Shown here: positions 51,096 to 64,000 of the stretch, piece by piece
Position numbering within the stretch: the stretch's first letter is position 1
Layout: each line of letters begins with the position of its first letter
DNA from: Blasia pusilla
Taxonomy: Eukaryota
DNA length: 64,000 bases
Direction of reading: 5' to 3'
Assembly (NCBI GenBank): GCA_050084515.1
Contig: CM114271.1
Span: forward strand, 23,932,001 to 23,996,000
Translations under genes and position numbers: made by a program
The notes under the pieces: generated by a model
What the model saw: only the letters and a program-made list of their open reading frames with translations
What the model was told of the DNA's origin: nothing
The model's database searches: none

Positions 51096-54000
51096 TTATA
51101 TTGAGTTTAAAGAATAATTAAACACCAAAACTAAAATTTGAATATCACGCCTCTCCTTGCAAATTTCAAAATTTATATTGTTTTAATTTGGTGCATTTTA
51201 CTTGCACTACACCTTACTACTATAACACAAAAGATTACGACATTTACGAGGCACCGGTTGGAAGTAAACACAAGAAAATTATGGAGAGAAACCCATTGAA
51301 ACGCATGAAAACCCATGGAAGATGAAATCCAGCATTGAGTGTTTGGTAACCACATGGGAATCAAAGCCTAAGCTTAAAGTACCAATATCCTTTGTAAAAT
51401 CAGCCCATATATTTTGAGAGTTTTCCCTTATATACTAAGCGTCAAAATTAAACTGCCATAATCTATCCACTAATTGGAAGATCCAATTTTCTCTTTTTGA
51501 CATGTGTAACTACTCTTCTCTCAAAAATACTTTTGCACTGAAAATTGATAAAGAGGGGGGAATTATTGATTAAGGGTGGGGTGGGGGGGGGGGTGGGGGG
51601 GCCTTGCATAGCGGGCCCTAACTAGTAAATGCAAAAAAAGAGCAACACTTTCCAGATATGTAGCCTTTCTTTTCTCCGGAATGCCCTGCTTAAAAAAACC
51701 TACCGGAAGCCATAAGGAATATCTCACAATAGCAAGGCCTCCAGCTGTGCTGGGGAATATTCACCTAAATCGAGCGAAGCACCGGCAACATCTAACCAGG
51801 AGAATACGGAACTACAGTACACGTGACCCATGGCGAGTGGTACCCGCAGTCAGTGAAGGTGGTGAGTGAGCAAGTAAGTAGTCACTGGTCACTCACTCAG
51901 AGAGAAGTGAAAAAAATAAAATAAAAAATAAAAAATGATGAGGTACTACTGCAGCAGTAACAGTGCGTCAAAACACTGCAGTTATGAGCCACGCCTAACC
52001 TCAGTTAGTTACCTGACTCGGAGTTACTATCGGCGCCCACGGTGGCGCTATAGTTTCTACGGCGCGTTCAGATAAGCTAGAATATTCCCCTTTTGGCCTT
52101 GTGCCACCTTTCGTCCGACTTCTCCTCTTTTTCTATTTGTTTGTTTATTCGTATAATGAAATGCCGGGAACCCGAAATTCGGACTTAACACGTTTTGACG
52201 GATTCTGCCGCCTTACATGATCACGTGGGTGCAGGCCCTTGCCCCACGTGTTGTCTGAGCGCGTACCTGTGGGATAATGGTGGGGACCAACCAGAGCACT
52301 GCATTGACCTTCCCAACCGGGATGTATGGAATTTGGGAGGAATATTATTTCATGTTATTTATCTAGTTGGATAGTGATATTATTTCATATCATTTGAAAT
52401 GAATTTTTATTTGGTTGTGGGATGAATAAGGAGGTGCCTTGTTTGTTGGGATTCGAGGTCCAAATAAACAGAGATGATCCCGGGAATCCGTCGGATTCAT
52501 TCAAAGAGGTGTACTTAGAGAGCGAGGGACACCAAAGCGTTTGGACTTGAGGGGTAAGGGATGGCGTGGGAGGTCTTTAAGCTCACTAGTATTCATGGGT
52601 TTATATTACCTCCCATGATATCTGTTATATCTCTGGTAATTTTCAAATATTATTTTAAATTAACTTCAAGCAATCCCATGGTGAGAAGTCTGGAAAATAA
52701 AAGGGCATTCTTCAATAGTAATATAAATTTTAAGATAAAAGTAAGTATTTTTTTCTATTTTGTTTTCTCCATTTTGTAATTAGGGTTGGACAATTATGAA
52801 TATTAGGAGGCAAAAGAGATATGCTTTGCCCTAAAGGTAAGTCTTGTGGCTCCCTTTCTTTCAATTATGATACATGGGTACACAATATTTGTGTACCCAT
52901 GCAATTTGACATTTTTTGAGGTTGTATTATTCTTCGGCCAACCTTCAAGGTGAGCACTAGAGCTTATCCGCTAGATTGCTAGATTCTTAAAGCCATTCAA
53001 TTTAGCATGACCTCCATTCCTTACACCAACAAAACATGAATTATTGGTGCACCTTGCTTTTACCACCCTATATTCATTTGTTGGATGTAACATCCTAAAA
53101 GATCTGTCTTTTTGTGTTTGTATTTTATTTCATTAGTGTATAAGTTTGGTTATGGAAGTGATGGGGGTGACGGTGGTCCCCTGCCCGATTTTTTAGAACA
53201 TGGATATCTCTTGGAGCTAGCAAGTGTCATAATAAAGACTCTCATGCATCATCAATTTTTCTTAGTTTAAAATTTTCAAAAAAGACATTTTCTACAAAAA
53301 CTTTGAGGCTAAAAGTTGCACTGTCTGCTTTGGGTGTTTAGTTCTTTGAAGAGAAAGACTTCCAATGGCCTATTGGGCTCTATGGGAAACCACACTTATT
53401 CTTACCACAAGCATTACAAGTTTTATTTCACTCCTCATATAGAGTCTCAATGGGAATGTAACAAGATGGGAATGAACTTTTTTGACAAAAGTTCAAAAGT
53501 CACATGCCACATAGCAAAAAAAAATTTGATATCTAAATAAATGCAAATGGACCAAACTCCATAGCACAAGCAACAATTTGAAGTAAGGGCCAATCCAAAT
53601 TCTTGGGATGTTTTCTCCGATCCAAGGGCTATGACCTTTAGTTGGATGGGAAAATTGGGAATTCGGTAACCTTGGGACCTTCCCATTTCATATGAAGGAA
53701 GCATGGGATGATTTTCAATGATTTTATCCAAATGCCAAAGAGAACCATATGCAAGAGTCAAATGCCAGCCTCTATTTATTAAGTCGGCTTGTTCATTACC
53801 AGCTGATATTTTTATCCATCCAACATGTTTCATCTTCAAGACTCCCCAAGGGTCTATCTACCTACATCTTTTGTTTCTAATGGTTTGGACGACTTCTCTC
53901 CCTTAGTTATATACTATTAGAAAAAAATCATTTTAGCTGGTGTGGGATCGGCATACCCAATGGCTAGAGGGATTGATTAATGTTGTGAATATTTTGATTT

Positions 54001-57000
54001 CCATTATCGTGAGAATCCGCGAAAACTTGGGAGATAGGGAAGGAGGTGGAAGACTTGTGAAGCATATTAAATTTATAGAATCTTCTTTTTGAAGGAAATC
54101 ATAGAAATATATTCAACGGATGGCGAATATCAGATAATCGATGCATTATTGCATTTCTGACAATACATCGAAAGAAAATGCCAAGAATACTATTTTTTAT
54201 ATTGGTATTATTTATCAGCCTTTTAGCGACGACTTAATACATTTCCTTATATATATATACGAAAACTCTCGAGTATGGAAAAAGCTTACGTAGCATGGAT
54301 ACGATCGATTTAGCAAGGTTTCCAAATGTTCATCATGACCAAGGAAGTATAAGACGCAAGAATTTATGACCACTAATCCAGTGTCCATTAATTGCTCCTA
54401 AACATAGGTCTATTTTATTCCTCATTCCGTCAAATCATATAGTTTCTATATATATAGATATATAGACCAATATATGCCTATTTATAGGACGTGATCCATC
54501 GTGCTCTTAGGAACTAAGAAAGCTTCTGAGACTTATATGTTAATCTCAAGTTATCCTAAGTTTGGACAAAAATCATATGGAATAGTGTTCGAACGTTTGC
54601 TGGCGATATTTGCTATGAGATATACCATAAATAAACATATGATCTATTTTCCCAACTGGTCCCCATACTAGTGGTGCCCTAATAGTAAGAAATAGCAAAA
54701 TTCGATTCCTTAATTTTGACCATGTCCAACCTTACACTACCCCTATTTTAATTTTGAAAAATTAAACTAAAATATTTCAGGAGAAAAATTATTACCCAGA
54801 TGCCGATACAATGTTTACTTAATTGGGTTCAAATCATCTACCTCTTCACTTTCAAGATAGAGTGCTAACATAATAACATTATACCAAGACGAAAAAATAA
54901 GACACTTGTAAATTTTAGTTACATAGGGATTCATTTCAAGCTAACAATTCCCACCCATCAAGGAGTATTTTTACTATACTTGCACCAATATTTTGGGTCT
55001 CTTTGATCGTAAAAGTGGCATTATGACTCCTAATATATCCCTCACAAAAATTGACTCTTGATACTAGTCGACAAGATATTATTTAGATGGTAAGACGTGT
55101 GATATCATGTGCGTCGCCATCTATGAACGAGCAAGCAAAGGAAAATAGTATAATATTCTAAGGAGAAGCCGTTCAAGGTTGCACAAAAAAAACTTGTATG
55201 TTGCCTAATGGGTCCCTCACCGGAGTATTTTTTATACCCTGATCGCTCATCCGAGCTCTCGACGAGGGAAAGCGTGCAAGCACGGATCAAACGGGTGTAC
55301 GGGCTAGGAGCCCATGCCAAGCCCGCATTGAGCCCGTAGTAGGCCCGCGTAGGGCTTGCAATGGCCAGTAGAAGGTGGGCTCAAAGGCCGCACACCGCCC
55401 ACGGTTGGTCAGGATCTTGCCCTGCGCAAGCACCTTAGAGAATCATTTGGAAAATGGAATAGTGGTCTTTCTTGATACCCACGAACTGAGCAACAAATCA
55501 TGAAGTAAAAAAAAAAAGAGCAAATCCATTCACAATCCCAAAAATGTAACGATCGTAGGACCAAATTTTTTGGGATCAGAAGGCTTGACCCCTTGGAATA
55601 TCTTATTTGAACATACCATAAAGTGGATGGATGTTCAAATAGTGTAATATGTTTAAATGAAAATCAAGAAATACCTCCCTTATGTTATGAATATTAAATT
55701 TTATGGCAACCATACTAGCAATGATCCAAGAAGTGAGATATGATAGTGGGTCAAAGAGGATCTATTTTGGTGAGACACACCAAATTGAAACCTACTCTTG
55801 AGACTAGGGAAGATGGTCGCTCATATGCGTAACTAATTGTAGTCAAGACAAGTGTATGCCTCCTTATATAGTTGAAAGGTTGCAAAGGTGCTCATGGGCA
55901 CCTAGGATGAGAAAAGAGAGGTGGAAGAGTTCCCACTCAAAGGTGAGTAGATAATGAGTTGAGATTAGTCCAAGTAGGAGGATAGACTTTGAAACTAATC
56001 ATCAAACATTGAGGGCACTAAGACCAACCATGAGACGTGAAACGGTGGGATATGAGATGTCACATTATATGTGATGAAAAGGAATAGCGATGACACACTA
56101 GATTACATATGATAATGTGTACGAATGAAACATTTAATAATTTCATCTAGTATTTTTAGAATGACCCAATATGGAAACAATATTTAAAAAGATTGTCCTT
56201 AGAACCGATGTAGATTAGTCTAAGGTAACGAGATATGAAACATTTTACCAACACCAAGAGATGCTGGATGAATAGATACCCCCAAGAAAACCAAACCGTG
56301 CAAGCCCAATTAGGGTACCAATACTCATCTACACTATTGTGAGGGATCAAAGTTTTTTTTACCAACACCCGTTCCCACATATTTATGCTAATCTATATTA
56401 TTAATGGACACTGCCCCTTCATTTTGCAAATTCCTCTCCTCTTATGCTTGGCACTTTTAACCAAAAGGATGAGTCATAAGATCATTCAAAATTGATTAAA
56501 AATAGCAGTTGAAAATCTGAAATGTTTAATATGGCGGATAATTTAAGCTACGGTTCTACTAGTAACGAATGATTATTAAGTATTAATTCGAATGGCACTT
56601 CAATTTTCCCTTGCATCTCACTAGTGCAGGCAAATAATGGCTGAATAGGAATCCTAATTCGAAAAGAAGAAGGGCAGCAAACCAAATCCAGGCGAAACTC
56701 CAGGTGATGATCTCCCCCCCCTAAGAAAGAAGCGCTCAACTCCTGCAGAAGGGAGTAATGAAGTTGAATAGATGAAGAAGAGATGAATAGGAGCACTTCG
56801 TTTAGGGTTGGAGTCTCGGCGCACAGGCTGTACGTGCGGAAGGGCTGGTAAAAGGGTTTTTGGGCGTGAGGGACCAGCCAGCGAGCGACGACAACAATTA
56901 TGGTGTTGTTAACAGTATCCATCAGACAGACATAAATAAATTGCTCGCGACCTACTGCGATCATTGGAAACGACAAGCGTCCGCTTTGTTCCTTCGCAGC

Positions 57001-58334
57001 TCTTTTGTTTAGATAAAAGCACCTTCGATAATCGTAATCAATAAATAACAATCATTCATTCCGTCTCCTTGTGACATTCCCCCGGGCGATGGCGGGCCAC
57101 GCGGAGAGGGAGAGAGGGGAGAGGATGAACGAATTGAGCTAGCGTAATCTGGGGGTCGAAATCGGGAGGGGTGAAGAGGTGAGCGACGAAGGCGAAGGAG
57201 GAATGGACGCGAGATGTTTTAATTCTTCTCTTTGTCAAAACGACGTTCTCTCGTCGTACCGAATTGTAGGCATGTCTTGAATCGCGGATGAATAGCAGCG
57301 TCGAAGGAAGCCATAGTGGTGCGGGGATCCCCGTCGTCGGGAGGGAGTAACATGGCTGTCCGTTCCCGGGGGTGGAGCGAAGTATCAGAGGCAAGAAGGT
57401 CAAATCAGCCGGAGGACTCCCTGAATTAGTGAACACCTAACAGGGCTTCAGGTGACATCCACCGACCCCACGTACTTAACATGGCCTCTTCATGGTGCCA
57501 ACCTACCCTAGCGCGGTGGTCGACCGGGGATGGGACGGGCGGATGTCGGTGCGGAGAAGTAAATGTCGCGTTCTACTCCATGTAAAACTCTCGCCGCGGC
57601 AATCAATTCCTTGGTGTTTTCTCTCGACCTCATCCGCATCGTTTTCCTTTTCTGAGTCGAGCGCTTTTCTGGTACGTTTGGTCGATTTCGTAACCGTGGG
57701 GGTGGTATTTTCAAGGGTGCCCTTGACCTTCTGACTCTGTGGACGCATCCACTCATGTGTCGGTTGCCAAATTTTCTCGCACCTGAAGCTAAAAAAATAC
57801 TGCTCTGCTGCCTTTGCGAAAGGTGCTCGCAGGGGCACATATCAACCTTTACACACTGTCGTTTCTTTTCGCTGCGGCCTTTCCTCCTACATTCGCTCCT
57901 GAATTGGGACCCGGACTCTGTCGCAATGCGTTTTCGAGGATATCTATATACACTGCAAGAACGAGTCGGTAGAAGCTTCTGTTGCTGCTTTCTCGGATCT
58001 ATTCTTCCCGATAGTTGAGATTAGAATGCTTCGGTCTCATGTGCGTGGGAGGTGACTTCCAACGTATCTTTGCCGACGGAGTTACGACCTGCTACCGGAA
58101 GGTGGTAAGAGAACGAGTCTTCTCGTGAGGGCATCGGTTCTGTCTTTCTCCATCTCTCACGGCTTTTCTTCGCAAATTTACGACTGCAATTCTGTGGATT
58201 CCGTGGAGCCAGGAGATCAGGCTTTGTTTCTCTTCAAAGACACCGGCGAACTCAGCTTCTCGGCCTTGATGGTCACCCTACCTGCCATTCAGTGACCCCA
58301 CCCACCTCTGGATTCGTTCCAGGAAGCATGCGAT

Positions 58335-58915
58335 TCCCGAAAGCGCCAAGAATGTATGAATATATATAATATAAATGGAGAAACCCATCACCATACAAAA
58401 GAGGGGAGACCCAAAATATAGACCGGAATCGGGCCCGGAATAGAAGGAGGCTTTCCCCTTAACGACAAAAATCACCATCAGCAGAGACAACATCAGCAAG
58501 AACTTTGACTATTATTAAGTGGGCTTCTAGCATTGGCGTCTCCAACCGCTTGAACCCGTCGTAAAAACCCATTTTCCTGGACGCGCTGCAAAGCTATGGA
58601 GACTTGTTGTCTACAATAAAGTATCGCAATGGCTAAGGACAACCCATTTTTCGACTGGAGATGATGAGCACAATCCGTAAAGAACGAATCAAACCTTTTC
58701 CCCATCGCCCCGTGCATCTCAACGGCCAGGGGGATAAATCCATGTTCGTCATGAAATCGACTATAAATGTGGGTTTTTTTAACCACCGCCACTCCTTGTA
58801 ACAATCTCCCCTGTGCTACCACTTGAACTCGCACGACCTCTCGCGTAAGATCCGTTATTACAACATCCGCTACCACCACCTCAGACTCAAGAATTGAGGA
58901 TCGGCGCTGCGTCCA
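58335..58915 (-). mobile_element. 5'-truncated CRE-like LINE fragment
   Basis: VVADVVITD...GFIPLAVEMHGAMGKRFDSFF..CAHH...RQQVSIALQR is homologous to the C-terminus of ORF 15887-16996; a 3'UTR follows. Confidence 0.8.
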
Positions 58916-60192
58916 TGTGTAGATGAAATGAAATGAAGGAAAGATGGAGAACGCCTTGGCACACGCACACGGACCGAACCCCACCTTCGGACTTGTTCCG
59001 ATATGGGTGCGATTCTACTTTCGTCTCCATGAAACTGGGGGATTGGCGTTCAAATCATGTACCCCACCTCCGGACTAATTCTTCTACGACGGCAAAGCGA
59101 GGCATCGACGACGCGGCGTGCTGACCATCCGTGGAGAAGTAAGAGGTGCTTTGAATGCGTTTCTGCGCCGGAATCCCTAGAGCCCCTGGGTAGTAATGTC
59201 GCCTCGGCGCGGGAGACACACACCGGTGGTTGTTTGTGCACGCGAGAACTAGATTTCTATCGGCGGACCATGCATCCAGTGAGGATGCGGCCCTGGCGGG
59301 TGACACGAGAAGAACAGAGATCTCCGCGAGTCGAGACCGGGAACTCCGTGCTCGCTCTGGCCAATCCGAACATCATCCCCCTCCGAAGACCGCGCGCGTC
59401 GCCGCCAAGCGAAATTGGAAGTGCAGCGTCCGACGCACACGGAATCGACGACGTCTGCTGCTCGGTCAGTCCATCGCCCGACCTTTCCCATGAAACTGAC
59501 AGCGGCGCAGCAGCACGATCGACTGCCCTCCCGCGCGCTCCGATTGGGTGACTTCTCTCGCGACATCATTCCTTCCGGTGGTGTGAGGGACAACCGGGAA
59601 GACCGTCCGGAGGGAGCTGCGCAGACCACCGACCCTCCCACAGATAACCTAAGGAAGAGAAAGCTAGCTGTTGTTTTGATTCCGGAGAGGGGGGGGGTGC
59701 ACATTCAAAAGGATTAGAGTCCAGGCATTCCCCCGTCACACATCGCTCAGCTCCTCCTATAATAGACTGCATGATTATCCCAGACTGACCCACCATCACT
59801 TATTCCCAGCTTTCTGGAGATGTTCTGTTCACGTCAATCTCTCGGACTGTACCTCTGCCGCCAAAACTGTCCCGCTGTGTCAGTTCTAACGTGATTCGCT
59901 CGTTGTCCCGGCCCCGCGCAGTGAAGAGACTGCCAGTTTGAATTATTGTCCAGGCAGAGAAGAACATGTTCAAAACCCCCTGCCGTTGCTATGCCATGCA
60001 GCTCAAACATCTAGCCAGCACTAAAAGGCTTAGTGCAGGAATAGTCTAGAGCACTTATCCAAGACACCGAAACGTTCCTTCCCGACTTACATACGATTGC
60101 AAGGACAGAGCAAAGCATCTTCACATCAGAGCACTACAGGAAGAATTCTAGTTCCTACGAAGCCATTCGTTGCCCACAACCTCGGACTCCCA

Positions 60193-60363
60193 AAAAAGTC
60201 CGGCACATTGACCCATCAATTGAAGAAACATTTCCCCAGAAGAAGAGCACAGACAGCCATTACTTGCTTAGCCACTCGAAAAAGTCCGGCACATTGACCC
60301 ATCAATAGAAAAAACATTTCCCCAGAAGAAGAGCACAGACAGCCATTACTTGCTTAGCCACTC
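60193..60363. repeat. Tandem duplication, 2 x ~86 bp
   Basis: AAAAAGTCCGGCACATTGACCCATCAAT...TTACTTGCTTAGCCACTC is repeated with about 2 mismatches. Confidence 0.9.
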
Positions 60364-63300
60364 TATGGGCGACATGCCCTCTCCCGTGGAAAAAGAGGGG
60401 GAGGGGAAATCTTGGTTAGACTTGTGGCTACTTCTCAAATTGAATTTCGAGTTTCAGTGATGGCAAGTAGAAGTACAGTTCCTGGGTTTGTCCCTGTATG
60501 ACTGGGTCAAGGTGGAGTACCAGATGCTGCCATGATTTGCTGTTCTCATTCGACCCATGCCTTCCAGCACTCCAAAATATATGCGACCTTTATTACAAAG
60601 CAGCAACAGAAAATACTACGGACTTCACTCATGGCCACCTACTAAAGGGTTGAAAGAAGCGGGTCGTATCCATCTGGAAGAAAAGTCATTTGAGAGCCCA
60701 CCGCTTTAGTGGGCCTTCGTCCCGCACAACCGGCAGACATATACATCGTGGAACAGAAAATTCCGTTTCAATCGTAAGCTTATCCATTACAAGAACTTGC
60801 GTGGGGCTCTTCCTGCAAGCTGATCCGCCTTGTTCTGCACATCACCCACAAGACACTTCTTTAGGGAGACAAATTTTGACTACAATTCCACAGATAAAAC
60901 TACTGGTCAGGTATGATATTTACCCAAATAACTGAGTGATGAGGAAACATCAATTACCGGCTAGGCGACAATTCACATATTGTTATCAACAGTACGTGAA
61001 TACAATTACAAGAACAGGGGGTGCCTGGAAGAGTCAGTAAGGAGAAGGCACCACGAATGCAAAGCTAACATATGCGTTCAAGTGTTTCACTTCTCCATGT
61101 TCTTCTTTACAGTGATACAAACATGACGAAATTATAATCCCCAGAAATCGTAAGATTTCATCTTCAGGTCCAGGCCTCCGACCTGAAAAGATTTAACAAT
61201 TCTCCTTGCTAGAAATTCGAGCAGAATGAGTATACTTAGCTTAATTACTCTTATTTAAGACAAAGAGGTAGCAAAAGAGCACTGTAGTGTACTGGAGGTG
61301 AAGCGTTCTCATATAATTAGGATTTACCCTCCAACATAGAGTTGTACCTCACCGAAAATCTTTTCTCAATATTCTGGATGACAATGCTCGCCGAGGCAGC
61401 ACCTTCCAGAGTACATGTAAAGACTATACAACAAGGGTAAGACTACATGACAACGAGAATCTTCTTCCCGCCGTAGGGCGCTGGCCGAGGGCTTGATCCT
61501 ACCCAATTTGCGGTCAAGAGGATCAGAAGCTGCCTTGCATTTAGACTTGATCCTCCAGAAGACGAAACTAGAAGAATGCATGATGTAATTTCTTGCCTAC
61601 GGGGACAAAATACGGCCATGAGACTTTGCTTCACAACGCTTGCAACAAAGCCTTGCATATGGCCCCAAGACTCCATAAAAGGACAGTAGAAGAGGGTGAA
61701 TGAACGCATTAAGTGCTTTCTTGTCCACGGGGACTCAACACAGCCATGGGACAACACTTTAGGCCTTCTCAACTACTGAACAGATTAAACCAAAACCACT
61801 CCTGTCCTAGGATGTCAGCTGTTCCAGATAATGATTCCTAGAGATCACACATTGATGTAAAATTAAGTAATCTAAATCAGGTCCTTGCTAGCCATAAAAT
61901 CAGCTACACTTAAGGCAATGCCCTAGAAGATGACAGGGGGGATCACCAGTCTGTCGACATCATCATAAATGAAAAGGAGATTTTTTTACCCTATACAAGG
62001 ATCCCTGAACCACAATGTCTCTACGGTCTAGGATCCCTGAACCAAAAAATTCCCAAGTCAGGCTACCCCTTCTAAATCTCAGCAATGTATGATGAGGTTT
62101 GGGGGACAGGGGGCTAGAGGTGTAGAGAGCCTATCTTATGGATCTCCCAGTATTGATAAAAGTATGGTAATGTCGAGTCCTTTCTCCAAGTTTCCCAGAC
62201 GGATTGCATTTCTTGTCCCCCCACCCCACCCCCGGAAACCTTCTGGTGCTTATCCCAACTGGAATAGGAAAAAGTGTTTTGCAGGCCTTCTGAAAGGTAC
62301 TTTTTAGGGCTTGTTGAGAAATATTGAGTTGGTATGCCCAACTTGCAAAGCCATTCTTTGCAGTTGTGGTGCCCCTGTTTTGCCCTGGTAGATGCACTGT
62401 CCTTAGATTCTTTGCAAGGTCTCAAGGACACTTAGTAAATCAGCCACTAACTTAGCAATTAGGATCATCGTCACTGATACCCTCAAGGTGCTAGAGAAAT
62501 GGGATAAGATTTTGATAACATGAATTTCCACTGTAATCTGCCCAGACTTTTCCAACAGAAGGTCACAAGGAGTGTTTTTTTTCCTAATTCCCAGGCATTA
62601 TTGCACGATGAGCTTCAGTGGGACATCTAGTCTCTTGGGGGCAAGTAATTGAAGCTGAGGCCCCAGACTTTAGAAGCATAGAACGTGGCCGGAACTACCA
62701 TTGCTGTGAAGAGTTCCTATGGAGTGTGCTGCATTTCTATTCTTCTGAAATTCGCTCATTATGCCCTATATTTGCATATATTGATATCCAAAAAGTCATG
62801 TCTATTGATCTCCCAAAAAGCGATCTCCATAATCCAGAAAAGATCAAAATTTACGATAGTTTTTCACATTAAGTATCCCTTCGTCAGGCAACAGCACTTA
62901 CAAGCTTATTGACTTCTACAACTGAAAAACCTCCAAGTCTTTGCTCACCCCATCACTATCATATAAAACACGAAGAAAAGACAACAGAAAGTGTCTGCCT
63001 TGTCTCCTCAACCTAAGCCACCCCTTAAAGGAAGTGGCAAGCAAATAAGAAACATTAGGGCAAATAACTTACATATGTCATCATAAAGACCTATTGATTC
63101 AAATGGAATTTACAGAAATGTAACACGCGATCTTATAGTAATGCTTAGGTGGGCCTTCAGAGCCTTACATTACTTATTCCAGAGTACCTATCAGAGCCTT
63201 GCAACAAGAGAACGAATGCCCTGGTTGGACCCTGCTAATGACTGGGGAAAGCCAGTGAAGAGGTACCTTGTGTAAGGAGCAAGACTACTATAGAGTGAGT

Positions 63301-64000
63301 GCTTAACATACGGAGTGTTCACCCAAAAGACTATACACCAGTATCTGCCATACTTAAGTTTTGAAAATAAAGAAAATTCTCTGAGAGCTCTCACAGTGCT
63401 TTAGTTACAGTATCCACCAAGGATATACTCTCATACTCGCACACTTCATAGGGTTGTCAAGGTAACAATCTCTTGAAACTTCATCATCCAAGATTTTGTC
63501 TGCTTCTATGGCCTCCTCTGGGCTTCATAGCCAGAGCAAGAGGGCACATTAAGTTTTTTAGTCTTTGAAAGCATATGGACAATTTGTGCTTGGTAGCACT
63601 AGCTACCACTAACGTCAGACAGGGAAATTACCTTGGACTAAGTAAAAGAGGGAATACAGAAGTGAAGGTAACAGCTAAGCTCGACAGGAAACAATATAGT
63701 ATACTCTCCTTGAGTAGTGTCAGCCATAGCCTTGAAGTCATCGAAAGAAAGAAAAACTACGGTGGGATTGCACAGAAAGACACAAAACATAACCACAAGG
63801 GAGATCTAGAAACGTTTCCCGAGAAGATTGTTCAGACCAGAGGGCTAATGCTCAAAACAGCCCTCATGATTCTACAACTATCTTGAAGGACTGCAAACAC
63901 TAACGCATTCCACTCACTTATGATAGAAAAATGAAGATTGGACCAGAAAAGGCTCAATCACTCGATTCACAGATCCGACAGTGACGAAATGGTAGGTGAC

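Noticed and set aside
50644-51625. Possible Helitron (A|TCTATAT ... GGCCTTGCATAGCGGGCC-CTAACTAG|T); a similar candidate at 56392-56562
   Set aside because: The hairpin is imperfect or absent, and the 5' ends cannot be paired confidently in AT-rich DNA.
1-64000. CRISPR arrays, rRNA genes or prokaryotic operons
   Set aside because: None seen; spliceosomal introns and plant TEs indicate eukaryotic nuclear DNA.

Overview
Eukaryotic nuclear DNA, most likely from a non-seed land plant (inferred from gene and TE content). There are two spliced host genes: a plastid-targeted MsrB (+, 9673-12101) and a class-A GATA factor (-, 39970-41352). The TEs are two decayed copies of one unusual Ty3/Gypsy family (1-6490 +, cut by the window edge; 24565-34273 -, complete with a 4-bp TSD), an older relative of that family, a near full-length CRE-like RLE LINE plus three 3' fragments, a short Helitron and a tRNA-Gly-derived relic. 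The Gypsy family is the main result. Its pol reads PR - DNMT3-like C5 cytosine methyltransferase - RT - RNaseH - DDE integrase - PHD finger. Its termini are split as A-internal-B-A-B rather than forming paired LTRs. The PPT and a self-complementary (Tf1-like) PBS define the true LTR as B+A, yet the genomic ends map to an internal CA-nn-TG site. This fits integration of a 2-LTR circle opened inside one LTR (inference). All alignments were made by eye, so domain boundaries are approximate.
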